A stretch of 64,000 nucleotides of DNA from an uncultured delta proteobacterium (GCA_963743525.1 CAVUQH010000005.1:121400-185399); one strand, 5' to 3'. Positions 49,541-59,225 are shown, counted from the first letter of the stretch. A program made the numbers and translations. The notes: generated by a model not told the origin, from the letters alone.

Positions 49541-50191
49541 GTGCGCCTTCGTCACTCGCTGATCGTCCTCTTCGTCGCCGCTCCGATCCTGGCTGCCGGG
49601 GCTCGTCCGGCCCGCGCGGGCGGTGGCTTCATCCCGCCGATGCGGCTCGACGTGTCGCCGTCGTCCACGCTCCTCGGCGATGGACCCCACGTGGGCATGC
49701 ACGTCCTGGCCGGGCTGCACTGGGCCAGCCTGTCGCCGCGGTGGAACAACAACCTCGACCTCGGCATCGGCTATGTCTACGACGGCTTCACCGATGACGG
49801 CACTCCGGTGGCGCCCGACGGCGCCATCCTGGCCGCCGGTCCCACCGCCCCGCGCGACACGCCGCGGACCGCCGCCCACGGCCTCTACCTCGAAGCCGAC
49901 CACCGCACCGGCGGCACCCACCACCGCCGCAGCTGGCTGGGGCTGCGCGCCGAGCTGCTGTTCGGATCGGTCGGCGGCGAGACCCGCACCGGCGCCGCGC
50001 TGGTCGGCCGCGCCGCGTGGGAGCTGTTCACGCCGATCAAGGCCAGCGCCTGCAACGGCGGCGCGCTGGGCATGTTCGGCGTCGGCGTCTACCTCGAAGC
50101 GGGCGCCCGCCTGCTGCCCGACGGCCGCGCGGGCATCATGACGACCGCCGGCGTGTCGATGCGACTGCCGGCGATCGCTGCCGGCAGCTAG
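49541..50191 (+). CDS. Secreted beta-strand-rich (probable outer-membrane) protein
   Basis: Signal peptide PARA/G; amphipathic strands LDLGIGYVY, GVGVYLEAG. Confidence 0.65.
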   Translation: MRLRHSLIVLFVAAPILAAGARPARAGGGFIPPMRLDVSPSSTLLGDGPHVGMHVLAGLHWASLSPRWNNNLDLGIGYVYDGFTDDGTPVAPDGAILAAGPTAPRDTPRTAAHGLYLEADHRTGGTHHRRSWLGLRAELLFGSVGGETRTGAALVGRAAWELFTPIKASACNGGALGMFGVGVYLEAGARLLPDGRAGIMTTAGVSMRLPAIAAGS

Positions 50192-51084
50192 CGGCGCTTG
50201 CGGACCACGGCGAAGGCGACGCCGAGGAACAGCAGCAAGGTGGTGGAGCCACCCTCGCCGCCGGTGGTTCCGCAGCCGCAGCCCCTGGTCTTGTGCTGGG
50301 GCGGCGGAGTGTTCTCGGGGAACTCCTTCTCCGGGTCGAGGTTGGGCTTCGAGTTGTACTTGGGGTCGTTGTAGTCGACCTTCTCGTTGCCCGGAAGCGG
50401 GTCGTCGGGCGGCAGGTCTTCCTTGGGCTCGTCCTTCTTGACCTTCGCGGCGGCCGCGTCCTCGTCGTCGTCGTCCTTCTTCTTGGCCTTGGCGATCTCG
50501 TCGCTGAAGTCGGCCTTGCCGGTGAACTTCTCCGCCTCACCAGCGATCTCGAACCGACCGCTGGCCAACACGTAGTGGCCGCGCGTGGTCTCGATGTCGA
50601 TCTGGATCTTCTTGTTGACCCCGAACTGCTCGCGCTTGAGGATCATGTGCGAGGTGTAGTTGGTCGCGCAGCGGTCGAGGAACTGGTCGAACGAGCTCAG
50701 CTGCCGCTTGTAGCCCTGGGTGATGTCCGACAGGGTGATGGTCACCTCCATGTCGTCCAGCGGCTTCTTGAAGTAGGCGACGAAGTAGACCTTCCACTGC
50801 TTCTTGTCTTTGTCTTCCCAGAAGCGCTTGGCGGTGTTCTTGCGCACCTTGGACACGTAGGCGCTCTCGCTGCGCGCCGAGGTGGGGAAGGCGTGCTTGG
50901 CCAGCAACACCCGGCCGCCGAAGGTGCGCTCGGGCCGGCCAATCCGCGGCACCATCTTCTTCTTGCCGTTGTTCAGCCGGATCTCTTTCTTGGCGCTGCA
51001 CCCGGCGTTGGCGGTGCGGTGGGCGGTGACCAACAGCCCGCAGGCGGCGAGCAGGACGAATACAGTGCGTAGGCTCCGACGCAT
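50188..51084 (-). CDS. Lys-rich surface protein with MYXO-CTERM sorting signal
   Basis: Signal peptide; C-terminal RGCGCGTTGG..LLLFLGVAFAVVRKRR. Confidence 0.8.
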   Translation of the reverse strand: MRRSLRTVFVLLAACGLLVTAHRTANAGCSAKKEIRLNNGKKKMVPRIGRPERTFGGRVLLAKHAFPTSARSESAYVSKVRKNTAKRFWEDKDKKQWKVYFVAYFKKPLDDMEVTITLSDITQGYKRQLSSFDQFLDRCATNYTSHMILKREQFGVNKKIQIDIETTRGHYVLASGRFEIAGEAEKFTGKADFSDEIAKAKKKDDDDEDAAAAKVKKDEPKEDLPPDDPLPGNEKVDYNDPKYNSKPNLDPEKEFPENTPPPQHKTRGCGCGTTGGEGGSTTLLLFLGVAFAVVRKRR

Positions 51085-51165
51085 CGGAAAATCGTACGTG
51101 CTAGTCGGCCGCGATTCAACGGCCAACGGGTGCCCAGCTCGATTGTAAGCGCCTGTAATCGCGAC

Positions 51166-51678
51166 TCAGCGGGTCGCGGTCAGCGCGGTGATCTCCCGCT
51201 CGATCGCCTGGTATTCGCCGGCGCTGGGCTCCTCGTAGCGGTGGCGGACCCTGCCGTCGGCGTCGATCACGAACAGGGTCGGCACGCGGGTCACCGAAAG
51301 CGGCGGCTCGAACACCGCCTGCGCGGCGTCGTGGACCACCGGCACCGTGACCTTCTGCTCGGCGACGAACGCGCGCATCGCGTCGGCGTCCTCGTCGATC
51401 GACACGGCGGCGAAACGAACGTCGGGATGGCGCTGCGCCATCGCCTCGACGAGCGGGAAGCCTTTGCGGCACGGACCGCACCACGACGCCCAGATGTCAA
51501 CCACCAGCACGTGGCCGCGCGCGTCGGCCGGCGACCACGGCTTGCCGTCGATCGTGGTCAGCGCCAGCGCCGGCATCGGCTGACCGACCGATTTCGGCTG
51601 TGGCTGCGCGCTACCGCACGCCGATCCGACCAGGCCGATCAGGACAGTGAATGCGATCCATGTTGCCGCTCGCTGCAT
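51166..51678 (-). CDS. TlpA/ResA-family thiol-disulfide oxidoreductase lipoprotein
   Basis: Lipobox GSAC; DIWASWCGPC; VPTLFVID..GRVR. Confidence 0.92.
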   Translation of the reverse strand: MQRAATWIAFTVLIGLVGSACGSAQPQPKSVGQPMPALALTTIDGKPWSPADARGHVLVVDIWASWCGPCRKGFPLVEAMAQRHPDVRFAAVSIDEDADAMRAFVAEQKVTVPVVHDAAQAVFEPPLSVTRVPTLFVIDADGRVRHRYEEPSAGEYQAIEREITALTATR

Positions 51679-51760
51679 GCCGCGATGGTGCGCCAGATTG
51701 TCCTCGATGGCGAGGTGATCTGCGCTTGACGCAGCTGCGGTCGCCGCCAATGCTTGGCGC

Positions 51761-52486
51761 ATGCTTCGAGTCGTCGCCATCGGTATTGCGATCCTTCTCG
51801 TGCAAGTCGTCAACCTCCGCCCCGCCGAGGCTTGAGGCGTCGGTGCTCCGGTCGGTCCGACCGGTTGTGAAGGTGAGTACGCCAAGGGCCAGTGGTTCGT
51901 CGGTGCGTCGGGCGGAGCCACGCGCTCGCGCCTGTCGTTCGACAGCGGCAATCTCCACTACGACTTCGCGCAGCAGGCGGTTACGGCGTTTGCCGGCTAC
52001 GCCACACCGTCGGGCTGGGCGCTGCGCGTCGGCGCCGGCGCCGTCGTCGGTGGCACCCTGACCGGCGACGAGATGCCCGGCAGCTTCGACATGGGCACCG
52101 GCGTGGTCGGCTCGGTCTCGGGATCCCGGCGCTGGAACCTGGGCGCAGACAAGAAATGGTTCGTCACCGGCTCGCTCACCGCCAGCGCCGGAACCACCAG
52201 CACCAGCGGCGCCTCCAGCGAGCGCTTCACCGCCACCGATCTGCGCGTCGGCGCCATCGCCGGCCGCACCTTCGGCGACCGGCTGAGCCCGTACCTACTG
52301 GCCCGCGGCTTCGGTGGTCCGGTGATGTGGAGCGTCGGTGGCAGCGACGTCACCGGAAGCGACACCCACCACTACCAGCTGGGTGTCGGGGCCAGCCTGT
52401 CCACCGGCTTCGGCCTCAGCGCGGTGATCGATCTGTCGCTCCTCGGCGAGCAAGCGGCATCGGTGGGCGTCAGCTGGCAGCTCTGA
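51761..52486 (+). CDS. Candidate selenoprotein: signal peptide + Sec (TGA 51833-51835) + outer-membrane beta-barrel-like domain, 241 aa
   Basis: ATG 51761 MLRVVAIGIAILLVQVVNLRPAEA-TGA-GVGAPVGPTGC... stays open and in frame with track ORF 52073-52486; SECIS-like hairpin directly downstream. Confidence 0.75.
51836..51883 (+). promoter_or_regulatory. Putative bacterial SECIS element
   Basis: Upper stem CCGGTC/GACCGG (51848-51864) with GGTCC apical loop starting 18 nt after TGA; lower stem GGCGT/ACGCC. Confidence 0.7.
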
Positions 52487-52610
52487 GCGACACCGATCAC
52501 GCTTTGCCCGACGCCGGCGTAGATCCTTCGCCGGCGCCGGCCGTTTCGGGCTTGCGTGGGGCAGGGTGCCCCGCGCATCCTACGCGTCCATTTTTTCGGA
52601 GACTCGACCC

Positions 52611-52898
52611 ATGAAGACGCTCTTCTTTGCTGCCCTGTTCCTCGTCGCCCTCACCGCCACCGCGCTGGCCGGAACCATCCGCGTCGACAACGGCGACTCC
52701 AAGACCTACAAGGTCGAGCTCAAGTGCAGCGGCAGCAGCAAGACGGTCGAGATTCGCTCGTCGACCACCGCCTCGTACACCTTCAACTCCACGGCCAAGG
52801 AGTGCGACATCGTCGGCGGTGACCTGTCCTTCCCGACCAAGAAGCTGGAGGATGGGCAGAAGTGGCGCATCCGCAACGGCAAGGTCAGCTCCTACTAG
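52611..52898 (+). CDS. Small secreted protein with one Cys pair
   Basis: GGAG RBS; MKTLFFAALFLVALTATALA/G signal peptide. Confidence 0.75.
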   Translation: MKTLFFAALFLVALTATALAGTIRVDNGDSKTYKVELKCSGSSKTVEIRSSTTASYTFNSTAKECDIVGGDLSFPTKKLEDGQKWRIRNGKVSSY

Positions 52899-52901
52899 CG
52901 G

Positions 52902-53388
52902 TCAGAAGACCCGCTGCATCAGGAACGGCAGGCCGATTCCGCCGTCGGGCAGGAGTCGCCGTAGCTGCAGGGTGGCGATGCGCCCGGTGAGATCGCGCAA
53001 GACGCCGTCGACGATGTAGCCGTCGAACGCGCCGTCCTCGTCGTCGGTGAAGGCGATGGCGGCGAACCCGATCGCCGGGTTGTTGGGGATGGCGTGGTAG
53101 TGACCGGTCTCGATGGCATAGGTCGGCGCAACCGTGCGTGCGTACGTGCCATCCGAGGTCGTCCCGTCAGGCCTGGTGCTGCCGTGCAGCCACATCGTCA
53201 CCGGCTCGCCGGCAGCGGCGCCGAGGGGCGGGACCCGGCTGTAGAAGCCGGGCAAGCCGTCCATCGACGGCACCGGCGTCAGCAGGGCCGAGGCGCGACT
53301 GGCGACGTTGGTTTCGTTCAACATCGTCGCCGACGCAGGCGCCGATCAGCGCCAGCGTCAGCAGGAGCGGGAGTCGTGTTGTGAGCAT
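52902..53388 (-). CDS. Lipoprotein, hypothetical; apparent frameshift at about 53319
   Basis: Lipobox LIGAC from ATG 53388; removing one base at 53316-53322 joins it to the 52902-53324 ORF. Confidence 0.6.
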
Positions 53389-53400
53389 GGCGCGCCGTGG

Positions 53401-53416
53401 TGCAACCGGCGCGCCC
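53401..53416 (-). promoter_or_regulatory. Possible sigma54 -24/-12 promoter
   Basis: GGGCGCG-CCGG-TTGCA (GG-N10-GC) upstream of ATG 53388. Confidence 0.35.
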
Positions 53417-53512
53417 GACGCACCGGGCGCGATTTCAGCAGGCTACGACCGCATCGCCGTGCCGATGAACCGGCGATGCAGTCGCGCCCCTGTTGGTCGT
53501 CACCGACAGGCG

Positions 53513-53764
53513 CTACTCGACTTCGACCGAGACCTCGTAGATCTCGTTGGCCGGATGGCCGGCCTTGGCGTGGACTCGTTGGACCGCTTCGCGGTTGGGA
53601 CCCTCGCTCAGGCAGAAGACTTTTCCTGTCTTCGGGTCGGCCCAGGCCTTGATGAACTTCACACCTTTTTCGGACGCCTGCGCGCGGATGTCCTTCTCGT
53701 GCTCCTTGCGCAGTTGATCCCGCGTGATTCCTTTCATGTCGGTATGGACGTCCATGAATTTCAT
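53513..53764 (-). CDS. DUF4242 / SCO4226-like (nickel-binding) small protein
   Basis: FMDVH, GVKFIKAW, KVFCLSEGPNREAV..VHAKAGHPANEIYEV; GAGGAGG RBS. Confidence 0.85.
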   Translation of the reverse strand: MKFMDVHTDMKGITRDQLRKEHEKDIRAQASEKGVKFIKAWADPKTGKVFCLSEGPNREAVQRVHAKAGHPANEIYEVSVEVE

Positions 53765-53810
53765 TGGTTCCTCCTCGCGCGTCAGCGCGTGACGTTGCAG
53801 CCGTCGGGGC

Positions 53811-53826
53811 TGCAACGCGCATGCCC
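53811..53826 (-). promoter_or_regulatory. Possible sigma54 -24/-12 promoter
   Basis: GGGCATG-CGCG-TTGCA upstream of the DUF4242 gene. Confidence 0.45.
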
Positions 53827-53914
53827 GTCGCGCGCACGGCTCCTCATCGAAGCAGCGCCTCGAACGCGAGGTCGCGCCGCGGGTTCGCCCGGCGCAGCGC
53901 GAAAAAAGTCGCGC

Positions 53915-54331
53915 CTAGCTCTGCCGCGCGAAGCAGCCGTCGCAGACCACGCCGAAGGCGGTGATGTTGGTCTTGCTCGACGGGACCATGGCGGTGCAGC
54001 TCTCGCAGCGGACCATCTTGCCCTGCTTCTGCGAGGTTCGCCGGGCCTCCTCGGCCTCGTCGACCGCCGCCTCCAGCCGATACTGCAACACCGTTTCGTC
54101 GAGGCCGAGCGTGTCGACCAGGACCTCGGTGAGCACTCGCACCGTCAGCCGCAGCCGCTCGATCTCTTCGGCCTGCTCGATGTCCAGCCGGAACAGCTTG
54201 TGCACCTGCTCGGCCAGACTGACGTCGGCACTCTGCAGGGCCTCGATCCCGTTGACGGCGCCGTTGACGACGCTGTACTCCCGCGGCGAGAGATCGCCGA
54301 ACACCACGTCCGCCCAACCCAGCTTCTTCAT
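53915..54331 (-). CDS. Hypothetical coiled-coil protein with C-terminal CxxC..CxxC zinc ribbon
   Basis: CESC...CDGC. Confidence 0.7.
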   Translation of the reverse strand: MKKLGWADVVFGDLSPREYSVVNGAVNGIEALQSADVSLAEQVHKLFRLDIEQAEEIERLRLTVRVLTEVLVDTLGLDETVLQYRLEAAVDEAEEARRTSQKQGKMVRCESCTAMVPSSKTNITAFGVVCDGCFARQS

Positions 54332-54423
54332 GGCGCGAGGGTAGCCGGTTCTGCGCCGCGCTGGCTACCGGGGTCGTTAGCCGCGTCTGTCCGGATCGAC
54401 TATCATCGACGGCAGAGCGCGCG

Positions 54424-54912
54424 ATGACTGGTCCATCGATCGAAACCCATCGGATCCCTTCGAAGATCCGCCGCGCGGCGGTCACGCTGGCCGCCGGGTG
54501 TGCCGTGGTGTTGCTGGGCGCCGCATGCCACAGCGATGGCGCCGTCGACGGCACCTGGCACTACGACACCGATCGGCTGGCCGAGCTCGCTGCCGTCTCC
54601 GACGCCAGCGCCGCGCCGCGCGGCACCCTGGGTGGGACCGTCGCCGACGACAGCGAGCGCGCCGAGGTGCTGCGGGTGCTGCGCCGCGAAGCCGCGAACA
54701 CGACGGTGACCATCGACGATGCTCGGATCGTCGTCGCGCGCACGGGCGAGCCCGATCAGGTGATTCCGTACATCGTCCGCTCGCGCTCGGGCAACACCTG
54801 GACCGTCAAGGTCACCCAGCGCGGCAATCGCGAGCTCAGCTTGCGCCTCGACGGCGACCGGCTGACGATCGAAGACGCGGCCGGCCGGGTCCGTTTCGTC
54901 TTGCGGCGGTAG
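54424..54912 (+). CDS. Lipoprotein, lipocalin-like hypothetical
   Basis: LLGAAC lipobox; DGTW; LDGDRLTI. Confidence 0.6.
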   Translation: MTGPSIETHRIPSKIRRAAVTLAAGCAVVLLGAACHSDGAVDGTWHYDTDRLAELAAVSDASAAPRGTLGGTVADDSERAEVLRVLRREAANTTVTIDDARIVVARTGEPDQVIPYIVRSRSGNTWTVKVTQRGNRELSLRLDGDRLTIEDAAGRVRFVLRR

Positions 54913-54958
54913 CCCGGCGCGCGCACGCCAGCAGGCATGCGAGGGCGAACATCGCAGC

Positions 54959-55474
54959 TCAGCCCCGGTCGCGATCGGCCGCGACGTCGATCGCGTACTT
55001 CTGCCACAGCGGCGGGATCACGCGGGCCATCACCGGGGGCGTCGGCTGCGCGCCCAGCTCGTCGAGCCGATCTCCGACCTCGCCGAAGAAGGTCTCGAAG
55101 CCGGCCGGGCACCAGATGCCGAGGAACCGCGCCGGTCGGTCGCCCGGGTTGGACCAGACGAACGGGCTGCCCGGGGGCAGGTGGACCATGGTTCCCGCCG
55201 ATGCCTCGATGGTGCCCTGCGCCAGGGTCATCGAGATCGTGCCCTCGACGACATAGAAGACGCAGTGCTCGCGGGTGTGCCAGTGCGGCACCTGCGGCGC
55301 GCGGAACCCCGGCGGCGAGGACAGCTCCATCATGGCGAAGCCGGCGCCGTGCTCGGCGCGCAGCGGGATCGAGATGCGCACCGGTCCCTGCTCGATGATC
55401 TCGCCGTCGCCCGGCGTCGCGACGTTCGCGGGGACTGAGCCAAAGGTGTCTCGGTTGTGTGCGTGAGTCGTCAT
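54959..55474 (-). CDS. Cupin-domain protein
   Basis: PHWHTREHCVFYVVEG; GTMVHLPPG; PAGFETFF. Confidence 0.85.
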   Translation of the reverse strand: MTTHAHNRDTFGSVPANVATPGDGEIIEQGPVRISIPLRAEHGAGFAMMELSSPPGFRAPQVPHWHTREHCVFYVVEGTISMTLAQGTIEASAGTMVHLPPGSPFVWSNPGDRPARFLGIWCPAGFETFFGEVGDRLDELGAQPTPPVMARVIPPLWQKYAIDVAADRDRG

Positions 55475-55532
55475 GGTCCCTGAATAGCCGTCGCGGCGGC
55501 GTGGGGTCTTGGCCGCTCGCGCCAACGACTTG

Positions 55533-56531
55533 TCAGTCCGCGCCAGCAGCGCGGCCGCGGGCCCGGTAGTCGGCCGGGGTGCAGTCGAACCAGCGCGAGA
55601 AGGCGCGCGTGAACGATGACGCCTCGGCGTAGCCGAGCAGATATGCGATCTCGGCGATCGACAGGCGGGTCGCCTCGAGGTGGGCGCGCGCCAGCTCGGC
55701 GCGGGTCTGCGCCAACAGCTCGGAGAACGTCAGCCCGGCCTCGCCCAGGCGGCGCTGCAAGGTGCGCGCGCTGACGTGCAGCCGCGCGGCGACCTCCTCG
55801 ATCCGCGGCGTGCCCTGGGCCAGCACCGACGCCAGCGTCGCGCGCGCGCTGGCCAGGGCGTCGTCGGGCAGGCGCTCGAGCAGGCGGTCCATCTCGCGCA
55901 CCAGCAGCGACCGCAATCCCGGGTAGTCCGACGCCACCGGCCGGGCCAGGGAGTCGGCGGCCAGGAGCTGGGCGGTCTCGCCGGCGTGGAAGCGCACGTC
56001 GGGCACCGACAGCACGGTCCGGTAGGTCTCCGTGTCGGCCAGCGGCGGGCCCTCGAGCTCGACCGCTGCGATGCGCGCGCCGATGTTGCGCAGGCGCTGG
56101 CTGCTGGCCGCCACCGCGTAGTCGCGCAGCTGCGCCGGCACCACGCCGGCGAACACCAGCCGTTGCGCCGCCCCCGGCGAACGGGGCGGCAGCGTGAACT
56201 GCGTGACCCCGGCGGTGACGACGCGGAAGTAGTCGACCAGCGAGCGCACCGCGACCTCGACCGTGGGCGCCGTCGCGATGATGTAGTCCAGCCCCTCCAG
56301 CTCGCCGAAAGGGATCGCGGCGCCCGCGTGCAGGCCGATCGCCGGTTGCCCCGACAGCTCCTCGCCGATGGCCCAGATGCGGCCGGTCAGCTCCAGCGGC
56401 ACGCGCGCGTCGGCGTCGGCGAGCACCGCCGGATCGATGCCGGCGCGGCGACAGACCTCGAGCCGATCGATGCCCAGGCTGTCGAAGCCGGCCAGGGTCG
56501 CGCGCAACGCCACCGACCACAGATCGGACAC
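55533..56531 (-). CDS. AraC family transcriptional regulator (OruR/Arabinose_bd_2 type)
   Basis: DARVP N-domain; SARTLQRRL...IAYLLGYAEASSFTRAF. Confidence 0.92.
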   Translation of the reverse strand: MSDLWSVALRATLAGFDSLGIDRLEVCRRAGIDPAVLADADARVPLELTGRIWAIGEELSGQPAIGLHAGAAIPFGELEGLDYIIATAPTVEVAVRSLVDYFRVVTAGVTQFTLPPRSPGAAQRLVFAGVVPAQLRDYAVAASSQRLRNIGARIAAVELEGPPLADTETYRTVLSVPDVRFHAGETAQLLAADSLARPVASDYPGLRSLLVREMDRLLERLPDDALASARATLASVLAQGTPRIEEVAARLHVSARTLQRRLGEAGLTFSELLAQTRAELARAHLEATRLSIAEIAYLLGYAEASSFTRAFSRWFDCTPADYRARGRAAGAD

Positions 56532-56538
56532 GATCCGC

Positions 56539-57042
56539 TCAGCTCTGCGGCGCCGCGGCCGCCGCCTGCCGCTCCTTGGCGATGGTTTCGTAGATCGACA
56601 CGATCGTCTCGCCCGGCTCCCCGGCGATCACCTTGGTGAACGCTTCGAGGAACTCCTGGCCGTTGCGCACCACCCCGCGGGCGAGCTTGTCGATGTGCAT
56701 GGCGTCGATGCCGTCGGGCGGCAGCACCGGCACGGTTAGCCGGCAGTAGAGGCGGCGGTTCTGGTGATCGAGGCCGAAGCCGCCGACCTCGAGCTGGTTG
56801 TTGAGCCGGGCCATGGCGGCTTCGAGCTCGCGGACCCGCTCGGCCGGCACGCCGTTGACCATGAACTGGATGAGCTGGAGGAACGGCACCGTCCGCTCCC
56901 ATTTGACGAACAGGTTACCCGGCAGCGGTGCGGCGTTGCTGGGCATCTCGACGACCTGCGACGCCGCATCGGCGCGGTGCGGGACCTTGTTCTCGGTGAG
57001 GAACGTCACGAACTGCTCGAAGCTAGTGAGTGCGGGAGCCAT
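56539..57042 (-). CDS. YbjN / T3SS-chaperone-like domain protein
   Basis: ARLNNQLEVGGFGLD..RLYCR pattern. Confidence 0.6.
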   Translation of the reverse strand: MAPALTSFEQFVTFLTENKVPHRADAASQVVEMPSNAAPLPGNLFVKWERTVPFLQLIQFMVNGVPAERVRELEAAMARLNNQLEVGGFGLDHQNRRLYCRLTVPVLPPDGIDAMHIDKLARGVVRNGQEFLEAFTKVIAGEPGETIVSIYETIAKERQAAAAAPQS

Positions 57043-57127
57043 GGACCATCTCCTCGAGTGGTAGGCGACCACGATACCACCGCCTGCCGCTTGCGACGGT
57101 TCCCACGGCGGTTCACGATTTCGTGCG

Positions 57128-57949
57128 ATGGCCACTCTTCGACAGGTCGGTCCCGCGCTCGTGCTCGAGCATCGAGCGCGTCGCGGCAGCATGGCCACCT
57201 TCTACATGCTCCTGTTCCTGGCCCTGTCGTGCCTGGCGGTTCCGGCGGTGCTCACCGTGCGCGCGCTGGGCGCTCCGGACACCCTGACCGTCGAGTGCAC
57301 GCGTGCGTCGCAAACCTGTCGCAGCACCTCCAGATGGAGCCGCCGCTGGTCCGAGCCGTGGACCATGTCGCAGCTGTCCAGTCTGGTCGCGCACTCGGGC
57401 AAGACCCACGCCCTCGGCTGGCAGGATCGCCGCGGCCACGTGCAGCTGTGGAGCGGCACGTCGTCGGATCCGTCATCGGTGGCCGCGCTCGAGCGGGGCG
57501 TGGCCACGCTCTCGGCGTTTCCCGGCGGCACCGCGCCGACCGTCCGCGTCGACCTGCCCAACGGCAACCCGTCGCCGCCGATTGCGATCTCGATCGCGGT
57601 CGCCGCGTTCGGCCTGTTCATCGGCTACGGTCTGCGCCGCGCCGTGACCCGGTCGACCCTGTGGATCGATCGCGATGCGCGCACCGTCGAAGCCGACACC
57701 CGTCGCGCGCTGATCCTGCACCGCCACCGAAGCGTGCCCGCCGATCGCGTGCGCGGCGTCTCGGTGCGCCGCCGCCGCGGGCTGCAGTTCTCGACCACGA
57801 TCCTGTCGGTCGACGTCGCGGACGAGGCGCCGATCGTCCTGGTGCAGGAGTACACCAACGACGCGCTCCTGGCCGAGGTCACCGCCGCGGCCGATCGCGT
57901 TGCCAGCGAGCTGGGCGTGCCTCGCACCGGCGGCGCGCCCGCGCGCTGA
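57128..57949 (+). CDS. Hypothetical membrane protein (2 TM)
   Basis: Two hydrophobic helices; C..C after first TM. Confidence 0.6.
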   Translation: MATLRQVGPALVLEHRARRGSMATFYMLLFLALSCLAVPAVLTVRALGAPDTLTVECTRASQTCRSTSRWSRRWSEPWTMSQLSSLVAHSGKTHALGWQDRRGHVQLWSGTSSDPSSVAALERGVATLSAFPGGTAPTVRVDLPNGNPSPPIAISIAVAAFGLFIGYGLRRAVTRSTLWIDRDARTVEADTRRALILHRHRSVPADRVRGVSVRRRRGLQFSTTILSVDVADEAPIVLVQEYTNDALLAEVTAAADRVASELGVPRTGGAPAR

Positions 57950-57959
57950 CCGGTCGCGG

Positions 57960-59225
57960 TCAGCGAATCGACCGGGTCAGCCGTCGCAGCAGCAGCGCGC
58001 GCACCTCCGGCGACGGCGCCGCGGCCAGCGCCTGCTCGCGGTGGTGCCCGGCGACCTCGACGTTGCCCGCGCGGTGGTGCAGATCGGCCAGCACGGCATC
58101 CCACAGGTAGTGCCCCGCCAGCCACCCGGGCGGCACCACGCCGTCGACGATCGCCAGCCCGGCCTCGGCCCCGTGCTGCTCGGCCACGGCGACCGCGCGG
58201 TTGAGCGTGTGCAGGGGCGACGGCGCCAGGCGCTCGAGCATGGCGTACAGCTCCGCGATCTCGCCCCACCGCGTGTCGGCGAACGACGGCGCGAAACAAT
58301 GCTCGGCGGCGATACCGGCCTCGGCGTGAAATCGGCTGAAGCTGTCGCCGTCGGCGGCCCGCTCCAGCCACGCCGCTCCCTGTTGCAGGTGCTCTGCGTC
58401 CCAGCGCCCGCGGTCCTGCTCTTCCAGGAGCAGCAGCCCACCGGTCGCGTCCTGCCGCGCCGCCAGCCGCGCCGCGTGCAGGTGCATCAGCGCCAGCAGC
58501 GCGAACGTCTCTGGCGTTGCGCCGACGGGATGGTCCGCCAGGAGCGTGCCCAGGCGAATCGCCTCGTCGCACAGCTCGGCGCGAATCGCGTGCTCGGGCC
58601 GCGTGGACAGATACCCTTCGTTGAACAACAGGTAGATGACTTCGCGCACGCTGGGCAGCCGGTCGCCCAGCGCGTCGAGCGGCGGCGTCTCCGTGTCGAT
58701 CGGGTCCTGGCGCAACCGCTCGCGCGCCCGGCCGAGCCGCTTGTAGACATTGGCCTCGCTGGTGAACAGACGGAAGCCGATCTCGGCGGTGCTGAAGCCG
58801 CACAGCGTCTTGAGCGCCAGTACCAGCCGCGACTCCCGCGGGAGTCGCGCGTCGCAGCAGACGAACAACATGCGCAACAGCTCATCGCGCACCTCGCCGT
58901 CGAACGCCGGCTCGACCGGCTCGGCATCCTCACCGTCGCCGGGCGGCCCGCCGGTGTCGGCGAGGATGCGCCGATGGCCCTGCTCCTTGCGCAGTGCGCC
59001 GACCAGGTTGTTCCGGGCCACGCGAAACAGCCACGCCTGCGGGCGGTCGGGCACGCCGTTGGCGCCCCACGACGCCAGCGCCGCCATCAGCGCGCCCTGC
59101 ACGGCGTCTTCCGCGGCCTCGAGCTGATGCAGTCCGAACCGCCGCACCAGCAGCGCTACCAGGCGGCCGTACTCGTGGCGGAAGTAGTGGTCCACCAGGC
59201 CCGGCGGCGCGCCCGCGTCGCTCAC
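57960..59225 (-). CDS. ECF sigma factor with C-terminal TPR extension (ECF42 / DUF6596 type)
   Basis: AEDAVQ, WLFRVARN, LRMLFVCC, IYLLFNEGY, LEEQDR..WD, LNRAVAVAE. Confidence 0.92.
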   Translation of the reverse strand: MSDAGAPPGLVDHYFRHEYGRLVALLVRRFGLHQLEAAEDAVQGALMAALASWGANGVPDRPQAWLFRVARNNLVGALRKEQGHRRILADTGGPPGDGEDAEPVEPAFDGEVRDELLRMLFVCCDARLPRESRLVLALKTLCGFSTAEIGFRLFTSEANVYKRLGRARERLRQDPIDTETPPLDALGDRLPSVREVIYLLFNEGYLSTRPEHAIRAELCDEAIRLGTLLADHPVGATPETFALLALMHLHAARLAARQDATGGLLLLEEQDRGRWDAEHLQQGAAWLERAADGDSFSRFHAEAGIAAEHCFAPSFADTRWGEIAELYAMLERLAPSPLHTLNRAVAVAEQHGAEAGLAIVDGVVPPGWLAGHYLWDAVLADLHHRAGNVEVAGHHREQALAAAPSPEVRALLLRRLTRSIR

